In this document: piece after piece, positions 1 to 8,830 of the stretch
Numbering within the stretch: position 1 is the stretch's first letter
Layout: every line of letters begins with the position of its first letter
Assembly (NCBI GenBank): GCA_043228905.1
Contig: JBHGNT010000620.1
Span: 1 to 18,985 of the forward strand
DNA: 18,985 bases
Reading direction: 5' to 3'
Origin: Azolla caroliniana
Lineage: Eukaryota; Plantae; Polypodiophyta
Position numbers and translations under genes: made by a program
The notes under the pieces: generated by a model
The model's input: the letters and a program-made list of their open reading frames with translations, nothing else
Told to the model about the DNA's origin: nothing
Database searches by the model: none

Positions 1-203
1 AGACTACTTAGACTGCTTCCGTCGTCCTGGTCGCGAGTTTGCTGTAACCGAAGAGATTCCTCCGCGACTCTCCGGATCTCGTTGGAGAACGAACGATCCG
101 AGCGAATTTCGTGCGCTGCTTGCTGGAAAGTCTCACGCCGTCTTTGCCGTTCGGCGAGGCGTCGAGCTCGGTCTGTAACCAGGTCGTGCGTTGGTCTCGT
201 CAT
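1..203 (-). CDS. Partial ORF, probable gag N-terminus of a Gypsy/Tat-like LTR retrotransposon; runs off the left edge
   Basis: ATG at 203-201, about 35 nt downstream of the PBS. Open to the window edge: MTRPTHDLVTDRARRLAERQRRRETFQQAAHEIRSDRSFSNEIRRVAEESLRLQQTRDQDDGSSLSS. No diagnostic domain is visible, so the call rests on position. Confidence 0.5.
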   Translation of the reverse strand, partial: MTRPTHDLVTDRARRLAERQRRRETFQQAAHEIRSDRSFSNEIRRVAEESLRLQQTRDQDDGSSLSS

Positions 204-238
204 CCATTAAGCCGTCGTTCGCTGCGAGAAAGCAGGAA

Positions 239-250
239 TCGTGGTCGCCA
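239..250 (-). promoter_or_regulatory. Primer-binding site, tRNA-Arg type
   Basis: Minus strand reads ...ACACA GTTT TGGCGACCACGA, complementary to a tRNA-Arg 3' end (TCGTGGTCGCCA). It lies 4 nt after a CA LTR end. Arg PBSs are typical of Tat/Ogre non-chromovirus Gypsy elements. Confidence 0.7.
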
Positions 251-254
251 AAAC

Positions 255-618
255 TGTGTTATTCTCTGACCGGACAAGGTCTAACACAAGGTGTCACGGA
301 GACACTTCACCAAAGGGTGATTACGGCATAGGATTATGACTCAACGATTACACCGACTTACGTAGGTTACACGATTAGAGCGCTTTTGTTAATTACACGC
401 GTAAGATATAACAGTAATTACAGAACGGAAATCAACACAGAAGTATAAACACCATATGCTCTATTAATTATCCGCTGCGATTACAATGGGGTCCGGGCCT
501 TTAAATAGGTTTCCGGCCCGTAGTACAAAACGGTGCCTATCGCACCTATTCGGGATCCGTCCGGATCTGGAACGGCATACCGTTTCCAGTCCGTCCGTCC
601 ATACTATGCTTATTTACA
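255..618 (-). mobile_element. Probable 5' LTR (~364 bp) of a Gypsy/Tat-like element
   Basis: Minus strand TGTAAATA (618) ... AACACA (255), followed by the PBS. TATA-like CCTATTTAAAGG near 498-509. The outer boundary is inferred because the partner LTR is outside the window. Confidence 0.55.
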
Positions 619-677
619 ACCATACTTAATTAATTCCTTCCCTCCGTATTTTGGACTCCTTGCCGGCCGGTAACAAA

Positions 678-1449
678 GTGTAGAATGATGGCAATGGATG
701 AGTGAACTCCATCAAATCGAAAAGTGGCAGCAATCCAGGACCGGTCACCGAATAGTAGCGGCAACTGAGTGTAGAATGATGGCAATGGATGAGTTAACTC
801 CGTCAAATCGAAAAGTGGCAACAGTCCAGGACCGGTCACCGAATAGTAGCGACAATTGAGTGTAGAATGATGGCAATAGAGGAGTGAACTCCGTCAGATA
901 ATGCTTGGAACGCACAGTGATGGCAACTAAGAGTAGAATGGCGGCAATGGAGAAGGAGTTAACTCCGCCAGATCGAAAAGTGGCAACAATATACGACCTT
1001 CACAATAGCGACAACTGAGTGTAGAGTGGCGGCAATGGAGGAGTGAACTTGGTAGATGATGCTTGGACTGAACAGTGGTGGCAACTGAGTGTAGAATGGT
1101 GGCAATGGAGGAGTGAACTCCGTCAGATCGAACAATGGCAGATGATGCTTGGAATGCACAGTGATGGCAACTAAGAGTAGAATGGAGGCAGTGGAGAAGG
1201 AGTTAAGTCCGTCAGATCGAAAAGTGGCAGCAATATACGACCTTCACAGTAGTGACAACTGAGTGTAGAGTGGCGGCAATGAGGAGTGAACTTGGTAGAT
1301 GATGCTTGGACTGAATAGTGGTGGCAACTAAGTGTAGAATGGCGGCAATGGAGGAGTGAATTCCATCGGATCGAACAGTGGCAGATGATACTTAGACCAC
1401 ACAGTGCTGGTAACTGAGTGTAAAATGGCGGCAATGGAGGAGTGGACTC
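678..1449. repeat. Composite minisatellite: core GGCAACTGAGTGTAGAATGGCGGCAATGGAGGAGTGAACTCC plus variable linkers
   Basis: About 10 copies of the core. 90-bp period at 678/768/858, then a ~244-bp higher-order period at 897/1141/1384. Confidence 0.9.
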
Positions 1450-1560
1450 AATAGGGTTTAGCAATAGTGGTAGTAATCTAAGCCAGAATACTCAACCAAA
1501 GATGGCCCACGTGATGTGGCAAAGATCATGCATAATGGACCTAGAAATTCGATATATAAA

Positions 1561-1630
1561 TTATGGTGCACATATCAATTTATGTTGCACATATCAATTT
1601 ATGTTGCACATATCAATTTATGTTGCACAT
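1561..1630. repeat. 19-bp tandem repeat TTATGTTGCACATATCAAT, ~3.7 copies
   Basis: Directly visible; units start at 1561, 1580, 1599 and 1618. Confidence 0.95.
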
Positions 1631-1670
1631 TTATGGTGCTCATTTATATAATTAAAACTCTCTACTATTT

Positions 1671-1752
1671 TCAATGGTAGCTTTTTGCATAGCTAATTTA
1701 TCAATGGTAGCTTTTTGCAAAAATGTCTATTTATCAATGGTAACTTTTTGCA
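1671..1752. repeat. Three spaced direct repeats of TCAATGGTAGCTTTTTGCA
   Basis: Copies start at 1671, 1701 and 1734 (the last has one mismatch). Confidence 0.9.
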
Positions 1753-1790
1753 TCGCTCATTAGCTATGTCAAGGACATAGCTAATTGTTT

Positions 1791-2209
1791 CGATTGGCAT
1801 GCTTTCACCCCAATGCTATTAAATACATAACTGTTGGTTATTATGATGAAATGAAGAAGCAAAGGATTAAGGAACATTCAATGAGGTCAGAGGTTCAAAT
1901 GTGTTAGTGTACCCAGCAGTTAACGCGGAAATTGCGACATGTCATGACGACTGAACGTGCCCTAGTCAATCCTCACCAGAAGCCCCAATGATTCATGATG
2001 CGCCTTATTGAAACGTTCTCTAACGAAGGAGATTGGATTTTAGATTTGTTTTCTTGCAAAAGTATATTCTTAGACTTTGCTCTACAAAAGTATATACTTA
2101 TTGGTAGTCTAATTGAAGCTATGATCTTATAATTTTTGTGATAGGTACGACATTTGCATGGGCCTTGAAACTATTTCGTCTCATGGATGTGTATATCGGG
2201 CAACATTCA
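1791..2209 (+). pseudogene. Degenerate C-terminal part of a beta-class DNA amino-methyltransferase (N6_N4_Mtase family), with a spliceosomal intron
   Basis: From 1965: VNPHQKPQ*FMMRLIETFSNEGDWILDLFSCK, then a GT..AG intron at 2062-2144 (83 nt, phase 1), then STTFAWALKLFR. This matches the family signature HPTQKP-x-L-xx-LI-xx-S-N-xGD-x-VLD-x-F-xGSGTT-xx-A-xx-LGR. Upstream, frameshifted pieces read KYITVGYY and SNVLVYPAV. In-frame TGA at 1989. Confidence 0.75.
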
Positions 2210-2556
2210 GTAAGTATTAGAGTGCATAACACATAGTCACTAACTATAGCTATCACTCCCATTTCTTCTCCCTACAGCTCCATACAATGGTTAAACTTGG
2301 AGATCAATTGTTGTGTAGACCATGTTCATAGTCTATAATTTAACTAAATTTTATGTCTGAAGATCATGATTTTCTTAACATGTCAACCAACTTTGTAAAT
2401 TGCATCATATAGTTCGAAAGTTTAACGGTTGTCAATTGAATAAAGAATTGTCATATGATATAGTTTTAAATACGTTTCATATTTAGAGATCATAAACTTT
2501 AACAATGTCCAAAAAATACTTGTTTTTTACTTTGAAACTTGTTAAATATTAATAAT

Positions 2557-2995
2557 TGTGAAAGAATATGTTGTGCGGAAGCGTGTGCGTAAACGCAGAG
2601 TACACAGTTCGGAAACAAGACAGTTCGGTAAACTCAGAAAATGCAGAGATGGAGAGGGAGAGGGAGAGATAGAGAGTGAGAGAGTGAGAGAACAGACAAC
2701 GTAAAACTCAAATTCAAAATAATGACTCTCTGTTGTGTACATACTTCGTGCTCGGTGAGCACCTTATATACAAGCCCTGACAATTGGGCTCACACAAGTA
2801 CTGACAGTACTTGACTGCTCATAAATGAGCCTCGACACTCACTCCCAAAATTATTCCTTACGAGGAATATCTCTTTGATGGCCTTTCGGTTTACACACCG
2901 ATACGGCCAGATTGTGCGTACTAACTTACGCGTCCAGTCTACGCACTGGGTTACGCGCCATATTACGCACCTAATGTTGAGCTTGTCACTCAACA
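2557..2995 (-). repeat. 3' LTR of element A
   Basis: Minus strand TGTTGAG...TTTCACA, preceded by a PPT. It is the reverse complement of 8831-9269. TATA-like TGTATATAAGG near 2762-2772. Confidence 0.95.
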
Positions 2996-4881
2996 CTCCC
3001 CCTCAAGCTCAACTTGAGATTGCTCCCGCTCTTCCGGATCTACACTCCGGTCCCTTCTGGCTTTACGCCTCGCTCGCGCTCATCGACCTGTTCAATTCCG
3101 CGTGCTTCAACCCATTCAGTCGGCTTGTCTGCTCGTACGGCCCTTCTCAGCTCCCTTGTTGTCGCGGTGTCGGCGTGTCCTTCACCGCCCTTTTCTCTGC
3201 ATGGCCTTCAGTTGATTCAGCGTATCCGAATCAAACACTTCTGATTCAATTCTGCTTTTATTTGAATTGGCTGTCTCTAATTCGTCTTTAGTCTTTAGGC
3301 CTTTGACTACATCAGACCACGTCTTGATCTTGGCCTTTACGCCCTTCTTAGCTGTATCTCCCCCTGATTTGGCTATCCTCGGCTCTTCCCTACCGTTACG
3401 ACCCTTACTCTTTTCTTCGGCTTCTTTAGCAGACCCAAAATCGAATTCTTCATCCGATTAAGCGTCACGGTCATTCCCGCCATGATGAACACCTCCGCTC
3501 CTTTCATGCTCTTGTTCCTGTTCTTTCTTTCTCCCCCTCAAGTTTGGCGTGTCGAGGTGACACAACCCAAGAGCACCCGAGAAATGTCTTAACTTGTCAA
3601 GACCAAGAGGTTTTGTGAAGATGTTGGCAATCTGCTGATGACTCGGAACATGCACCAGTTCGACTTCACCTGAAAGGACCCGCTTGCGGACAAAATGGTA
3701 ATGCACCTCGATGTGCTTGGTTCGGGCGTGGAACACGGGGTTCTTTGCAAGGTGGATACTGTTGAGGTTGTCACAAAAGATCGTCGTTGGATCAGACACC
3801 TCCACATGCAGATCCCATAATAACCGTTTTAACCAAATGACTTCACATGTAGCGACAGTCGCCCCTCGATATTCGTCCTCCATGCTCGACAGTGCTACTG
3901 TCAGCTACTTTTTGCTGCTCCACGCAATCGCCGCACTCCCTAATGAGAATGTGTATCTAGATGTGGATCAACGATCGTGGGCGTTTCCGGCCCAATCGGC
4001 ATCCGTGTAGCCTACTAATTGGTCAGCTACGCCTACTCGATATAGCAACACCATGTCTTTCGTGTTGCTTACATATCGCAATATCCGTTGCGCGCACTAG
4101 AAGTGTTCGGTCGTACACTGTGACATGAATTGACTGATCATGCCAACCGGGTAACTGAGGTCCGACCGAACCGTGTTGGGTCGCACGCCTTTCTCGAATC
4201 TTGGCGAAGCTTTACGTTTCTATCTAGAGGGGTCGAGATGGGCTTACAGTTTGCCATCCCGAACTTGAAGAGCATATTTAGCGCGTAATGACGTTGGCTG
4301 ATCAATATGCCTTCGGAGGTACGGATCACTTCGATCTGGAGGAAGTAATGAAGGTCTTTGAGATCCTTCATTTCAAACGATGCCGCAAGTAGACACTTCA
4401 CGTGGCGGATTTTGTCAAAGTCAGCACAGGCGATGACTAAATCATCAACATACAAGAGCAAGTTGACCGGTCCATATTGACCTTGCCGAACAAATAGAGA
4501 AGAGTCTGATTTCGACGACGCAAACCCCATCCTACACAACTGTTGCGTAATCTTTGCGTTCCAAGTTCGTGGGACTTGCTTCAGTCCGTATAAGGATTTC
4601 TTCAATTGGCAAACTGTCGAGGTGTTTTGTTAGGATAGAAATCCGGGGGGCTGTACCATGTACACCTGCTCCTCAAGATCACTTTGCAGGAATGCTTTCT
4701 TTACATCCATTTGATGTAAGTGCAACCCCTTTGCCGCTACTACGGCTAGCAAAACTCGCACGGTAGTCATCTTTGTGACAGGCGCGAAGGTCTCGTCATA
4801 GTCCACGCCGTTCTTTTGCGCGTAGTGTTTCGCTACCAACCTGGTTTTGTATCGGTTGACCGCGCCGTCGGTGTTGTACTT
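2990..4881 (-). pseudogene. pol: Element A pol 3' part: RT (RVT_2), RNase H and a charged C-terminal extension
   Basis: RYKTRLVAK, LHQMDVKKAFL, KKSLYGLKQ, LLYVDD, IFCDN and KNPVFHARTKHIEVHYHF motifs, with multiple stops and frameshifts. Confidence 0.93.
2996..3007 (-). promoter_or_regulatory. Polypurine tract of element A
   Basis: CTTGAGGGGGAG directly abutting the TG of the LTR. Confidence 0.9.
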
Positions 4882-5671
4882 TGTTGGGAGACAGGTCCCT
4901 CCGGATGGGAAGGGAGAAGAACAGTGCCGATGAACAAACTCGGCTACGGAGAGCCGGATGAAACAGGCCCGGTGTGAACCGGATGAGTACCCGGCTACGG
5001 AGAGCCGGATGATACAGGCCCGGTGTGAACCGGATGAGTAGTACCCGGCTACGGAGAGCCGGATGGTGCAGGCCCGGTGTGAACCGGATGAGTAGTACCC
5101 GGCTACGGAGAGCCGGATGGTGCAGGCCCGGTGTGAACCGGATGAGGAGTACCCGGCTACGGAGAGCCGGATGGTGCAGACCCGGTATGAACCGGAGGAA
5201 GAGACATATTCGTAAATATGTTTCTGAGAGGCCATCGTGGCTATACTTGTAAATAGCCGAAAAGTCATATTAGTATAAATATGACTTAGGGCAAACTAAT
5301 ATGGTGGTTGTTACTTTTCTTGTTGGTGCAAGAAGAAGAGAGTGCATGTAATAGTGAACAGAGAGAGAGAGAGAGAAAGAGGTCGTTACCTCTGTTGTAA
5401 CCGCCGCCTGTGGCGAAGAGCGTGAGTCCGAGGTCGTTGCCTCCGAGAACTCACTGTTTTCTGTACATTCATACATAGTGACAGTTTGCAGCCTGTGGGC
5501 TGCCGTGGTTTTTTCCCCTAGTTTGGGGTTTTTCCACGTAAACCTCCTGTGTAGTCTGTGTGTATCTTCTTTTCCTTTTGTATCGTGTTCTATTTCCCGT
5601 CTTCTGTGTATGAATAGTATCTCGGTTGTGGCTGAGCGTTGCGCATAAGGAGCTAGGAGTTCCCGTCAAGA
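4882..5671 (+). mobile_element. Solo LTR (family D, 790 bp) inserted antisense into the RT of A
   Basis: Ends TGTTGGGAG...CAAGA (CAACA with one change). TSD TACTT at 4877-4881 and 5672-5676. Removing it restores WVYKVKYNTDGAVNRYK. TATA GTATAAATA near 5273; conserved U5 motif CGTGGTTTTTTCCC..GGGGTTTTTCCACGTAAA near 5505-5541. Confidence 0.93.
4939..5196 (+). repeat. 54-bp tandem repeat in U3 of LTR D, ~4.7 copies
   Basis: Unit CGGCTACGGAGAGCCGGATGGTGCAGGCCCGGTGTGAACCGGATGAGTAGTACC at 4941, 4992, 5046, 5100 and 5154 (the first unit is 51 bp). Confidence 0.95.
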
Positions 5672-8375
5672 TACTTGACCTTGTACACCCACCTACATCC
5701 AATCGGCTTCACACCCTGTGGTGCATCAACTAGGTCCCAGGTTTCATTCTCCGTCAATGCGCACATCTCTTCCTCCATGGCGGCACGCCAGTTCGTGTCT
5801 TTCGTGTTGCTTCTGCGTAGCTCTTCGGCTCACGTACTTTCGCCACTCGCGTCATTTACGCATAATGGTGTGCCATGTACTCATTATACCCGTATCTCTT
5901 TACGGGGTTCTTGAGGTGGGTAGATCGCGTAATTCGTGATTACCCGATTTCACGACCTTTTCGACTACCGTCGACCTCTTCCGTGGAGGTTCCTTTTCAG
6001 TTTGCCCGTACTTAGACTCTGATCTGACTTGGCGTTGCCGAAGTCATATTTCGGCATTTTCTTCTTGCCTTTTTCCTTGCACTTAAGTCATCTCCTCGGC
6101 TTCCTGCGCGGGGAATGCACGACTGAGTCTCCACTACTCGCCATCTCATCATCTGGTTGGCCATCTCGGCCCAACTCCTCATTCGGCCCGCTTTGTCGAA
6201 ATGAGATCGGACTCTCTCTTAGAGCTCCGACATCCTCATAATGCAGAGGCATTTCAGTCTCGTTGATCTCTTCTTCAGAAATCGGAATGGAGTCTCGAGG
6301 TACTGGAGGTGAAGGCAAGTACCACGAAGCAGACTCGTTGAACATGATGTCACAGCTTACGCGTACTTCCTTTGTTCAAGGGTCATAACACTTATACCCT
6401 TTCTGCTCATCTGAATAGCCGACCAAGATACATTTCTAAGCTTTAGCATCCAGTTACCTCCTTTTTTCCTCCACCACATGCACATACGTGATGCTGCCAA
6501 AAATCCTCAAGTGTGCCAAGTTCGGCTTCTTCCCAAAATACAACTCATGTGGCGACACTCCTCCATGAGCAGAAGTTCGATTTTGCAGGTAGACAACCGT
6601 CTTCACGGCTTTAGCCCAATAGAATTTCGGCATATTCTTCTCTTCAAGCATTGCCCTAGCCACTTCTGCTACGACGTGTATTTACACGAGAATTCACGTC
6701 GAATTCCCTCATTCTGTAGGTAACTTGTGAACTAGTTAGAGAAGTACTCCTTCCCAACATTGGACCGTAGGCATTTGATCTCGCGCCCCGTTTCCCTTTC
6801 CGCAAGGCTCTTCACCTTCAAGAAATGTGCGAAGACTTCGCTCTTCTTCTCAATCATGCATGCCCATGTGTGTCGAGTGAAGTCATCGATGAAGGTTACA
6901 AATTAACGGCTTCCACTGAGACTCAAGTTCTGTGCCGGACCCTACACATTCGAATGGATCAAATCCAACGAACTTTGACTATGATTACGCTCATCGGGGA
7001 ATGGAAGTCGGTGTTGTTTTCCCATTTGATAGGCTTCGCAGACTTGGCCATTCCGGTTACGAAATTTCGGCAACCCGAAAACAATGTTCTTTGTCTGCAG
7101 TTCACGAAGCCGTGGGAAATTCACATGGCCGAATTGCTTGTGCCACAAGTCGATATTGGATTTGCATACAACGCAGTTCCGGCTTGATTAGTGTCGAGGA
7201 TGAACATCCTCCCTTCACGACGCCCTTGTGTGATTACTTTGCCTTCCTCTTCTATGAAGCAGTCGAGGTGCGTGAATCGAACTTGCATACCTTGGTCGAC
7301 GATCTGACCGACCGACACCAAGTTCTTCATTATTGTTGGGACGTGCAACACGTTCAGAAGCTTCCCTTTCTACCCGACATGGCTGAGGGGAACTTCACCG
7401 ACATGTTCGATGGTATGCGGGGTGTCATCTCTCGTTTCAACAACCCCTCGTGATTCCGGCTTCTCCAAGTACGAGAACCATTCCTCGTGACTCGTCATAT
7501 GATTTGATGCTCCGGAATCGACATACCACACCTCGCTTGATTTTGAGGTGTTGACAGCCATTGAGTTGGCCTTATGCTTCATTACGAAGGCAGGGCCCGC
7601 TCCATCTCCGGCTCATTCCGAGCCTTCCGCAAAGTGCAACTTCTGACACCTTCCTGCACCTCTTCCGCTCGATCTAGCTTTGTCTGAATCGGCTTGTTTC
7701 TTCCAGCACTCGCTCTCCTTGTGGCCTTTCTTGCCACAGTACCATCAATCCGGTGTGGTCTTTTCTTGCCATCTTCTGGCGGCGCCATGACCCCCCTGCA
7801 TGCGGAGGGTTTAGAATTGCTTCCGACATCTCGATTATGCCGTACATTCTGCTCTTTTCGGCCGCCTCGATTGCACGCCTATCCGCCTCGTTCACCACGA
7901 CCATGGGGCCCATCATTCTCCGTGTAGAGCATCTTCCCATTGGCGTGCGCACTCGTCAACGCACCCGCGTGGTTTTCTTCTACGAGCAACATTGACTAAA
8001 GGTCGAAAAACGAAGGCGTATTCTCGCTCGTGCAGACTGCCATTCGGAAAGGTCCGAACTTTGATGCCAAGACACCAAGACAAACCTACACCATTTCATC
8101 TTCCTCGATGTTCATGTTGATGGAGGCAAGAGAGTCGCAAATTTCTTTGATCTTGGTGGTGTAATTAGCCAACGACATATCTCTTTGTCGTACATTGCTG
8201 AGCTCTTGTCTGAGGTGCAGCTTTCTAGCTGTTGTGTTGGCGGCGAAAATCCTTTTGAGATTCGCCCACACGTCGTTCGGCGTCTTGGCATTCAGAATAT
8301 AGCTCAGAAGTTGATCGCTCACACAGGACGCGAAGCAGTACAACACTCTGCTTGCCGCTTGTTCCCATGCCGGAT
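5672..8375 (-). pseudogene. gag-pol: Element A gag (most), protease, GAG-pre-integrase, integrase and start of RT
   Basis: PAWEQAASRVLYCFAS gag, a decayed zinc knuckle (*WYCGKKGHKESEC near 7750-7710), WYVDSGASNHMT protease, WHKQFGHVN, LDLIHSNV and MPKFYWAKAV integrase. Many lesions. Confidence 0.92.
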
Positions 8376-8428
8376 CGGCTTTCCAAACAGTCGGATCATC
8401 CTCCCACTAGAGAGACATATTCCCAATA
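8376..8428 (-). repeat. Displaced first ~53 bp of the 5' LTR of element B
   Basis: Minus strand TATTGGGAATATGTCTCTCTAGTGGGAGG resembles the start of LTR D (TGTTGGGAGACAGGTCCCTCCGGATGGGAAG). It forms an imperfect terminal inverted repeat with TTCTCAACA at 10077-10085. Confidence 0.75.
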
Positions 8429-8690
8429 GAATATAGGGGTGCGGTTGTCGCAGCATGTGAAGCCATGTGGCTAAAGCGCATAATGAAGGATCTGGCGTTC
8501 CCATCAAGGATCTTATTTTCCTTTACTACGACAACGTAAGCAATATTCATCTAGCTTGGAACCCGGTGTTCCACACGCGCACAAAGCATATTGAAGTGCA
8601 CTATGACTTCATTCGACAGCGCATCCAGGCTAGAGATGTTGACTTGCACTATCATCTTCACGAAAGGCTTAGGAGTCGATAATTTCGGAA
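8429..8690 (+). pseudogene. Old copia RNase H fragment; the sequence into which B inserted
   Basis: EYRGAVVAACEAMWLKRIMKDL, a frameshift, then LYYDNVSNIHLAWNPVFHTRTKHIEVHYDFIRQR ... IFTKGLG. Confidence 0.85.
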
Positions 8691-8830
8691 CACGTTCCCG
8701 TTCAAAAGTGGAAGGATCGTGTATTCCACTTTTAGATTCCTTTCACAATTGGGCAAATTTATGCAATATATAGAAACTTGTTACACTAGTGTCACGTGTT
8801 CATCAACCCATATAGAATTTGCTCAATTAT

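Noticed and set aside
239-250. tRNA gene
   Set aside because: Only the 3'-terminal 12 nt including CCA match and there is no cloverleaf. It is a PBS.
678-1449. CRISPR-like repeat/spacer array
   Set aside because: The linkers are themselves repeated and related, the core is degenerate, there are no cas genes, and the context is eukaryotic.
630-1464. Extensin-like or Pro-rich ORFs (TPPLPPFYTQLP)
   Set aside because: These are short translations of the minisatellite; the frame is not kept between units and stops are frequent.
1508-1513. G-box CACGTG
   Set aside because: A single hexamer is expected by chance, and there is no associated gene start.
2542-2996. Small ORFs repeated at 8719-9338, and similarly 14851-15155 / 18503-18789
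   Set aside because: They lie inside LTR pairs, so their similarity reflects LTR duplication.
4630-5268. 212-aa ORF with 18-aa repeats fused to RT (also 11422-11856 and 11459-11872)
   Set aside because: This is read-through of the 54-bp LTR array, whose length is a multiple of 3, into adjacent pol. It is an insertion or deletion artefact, not a gene.
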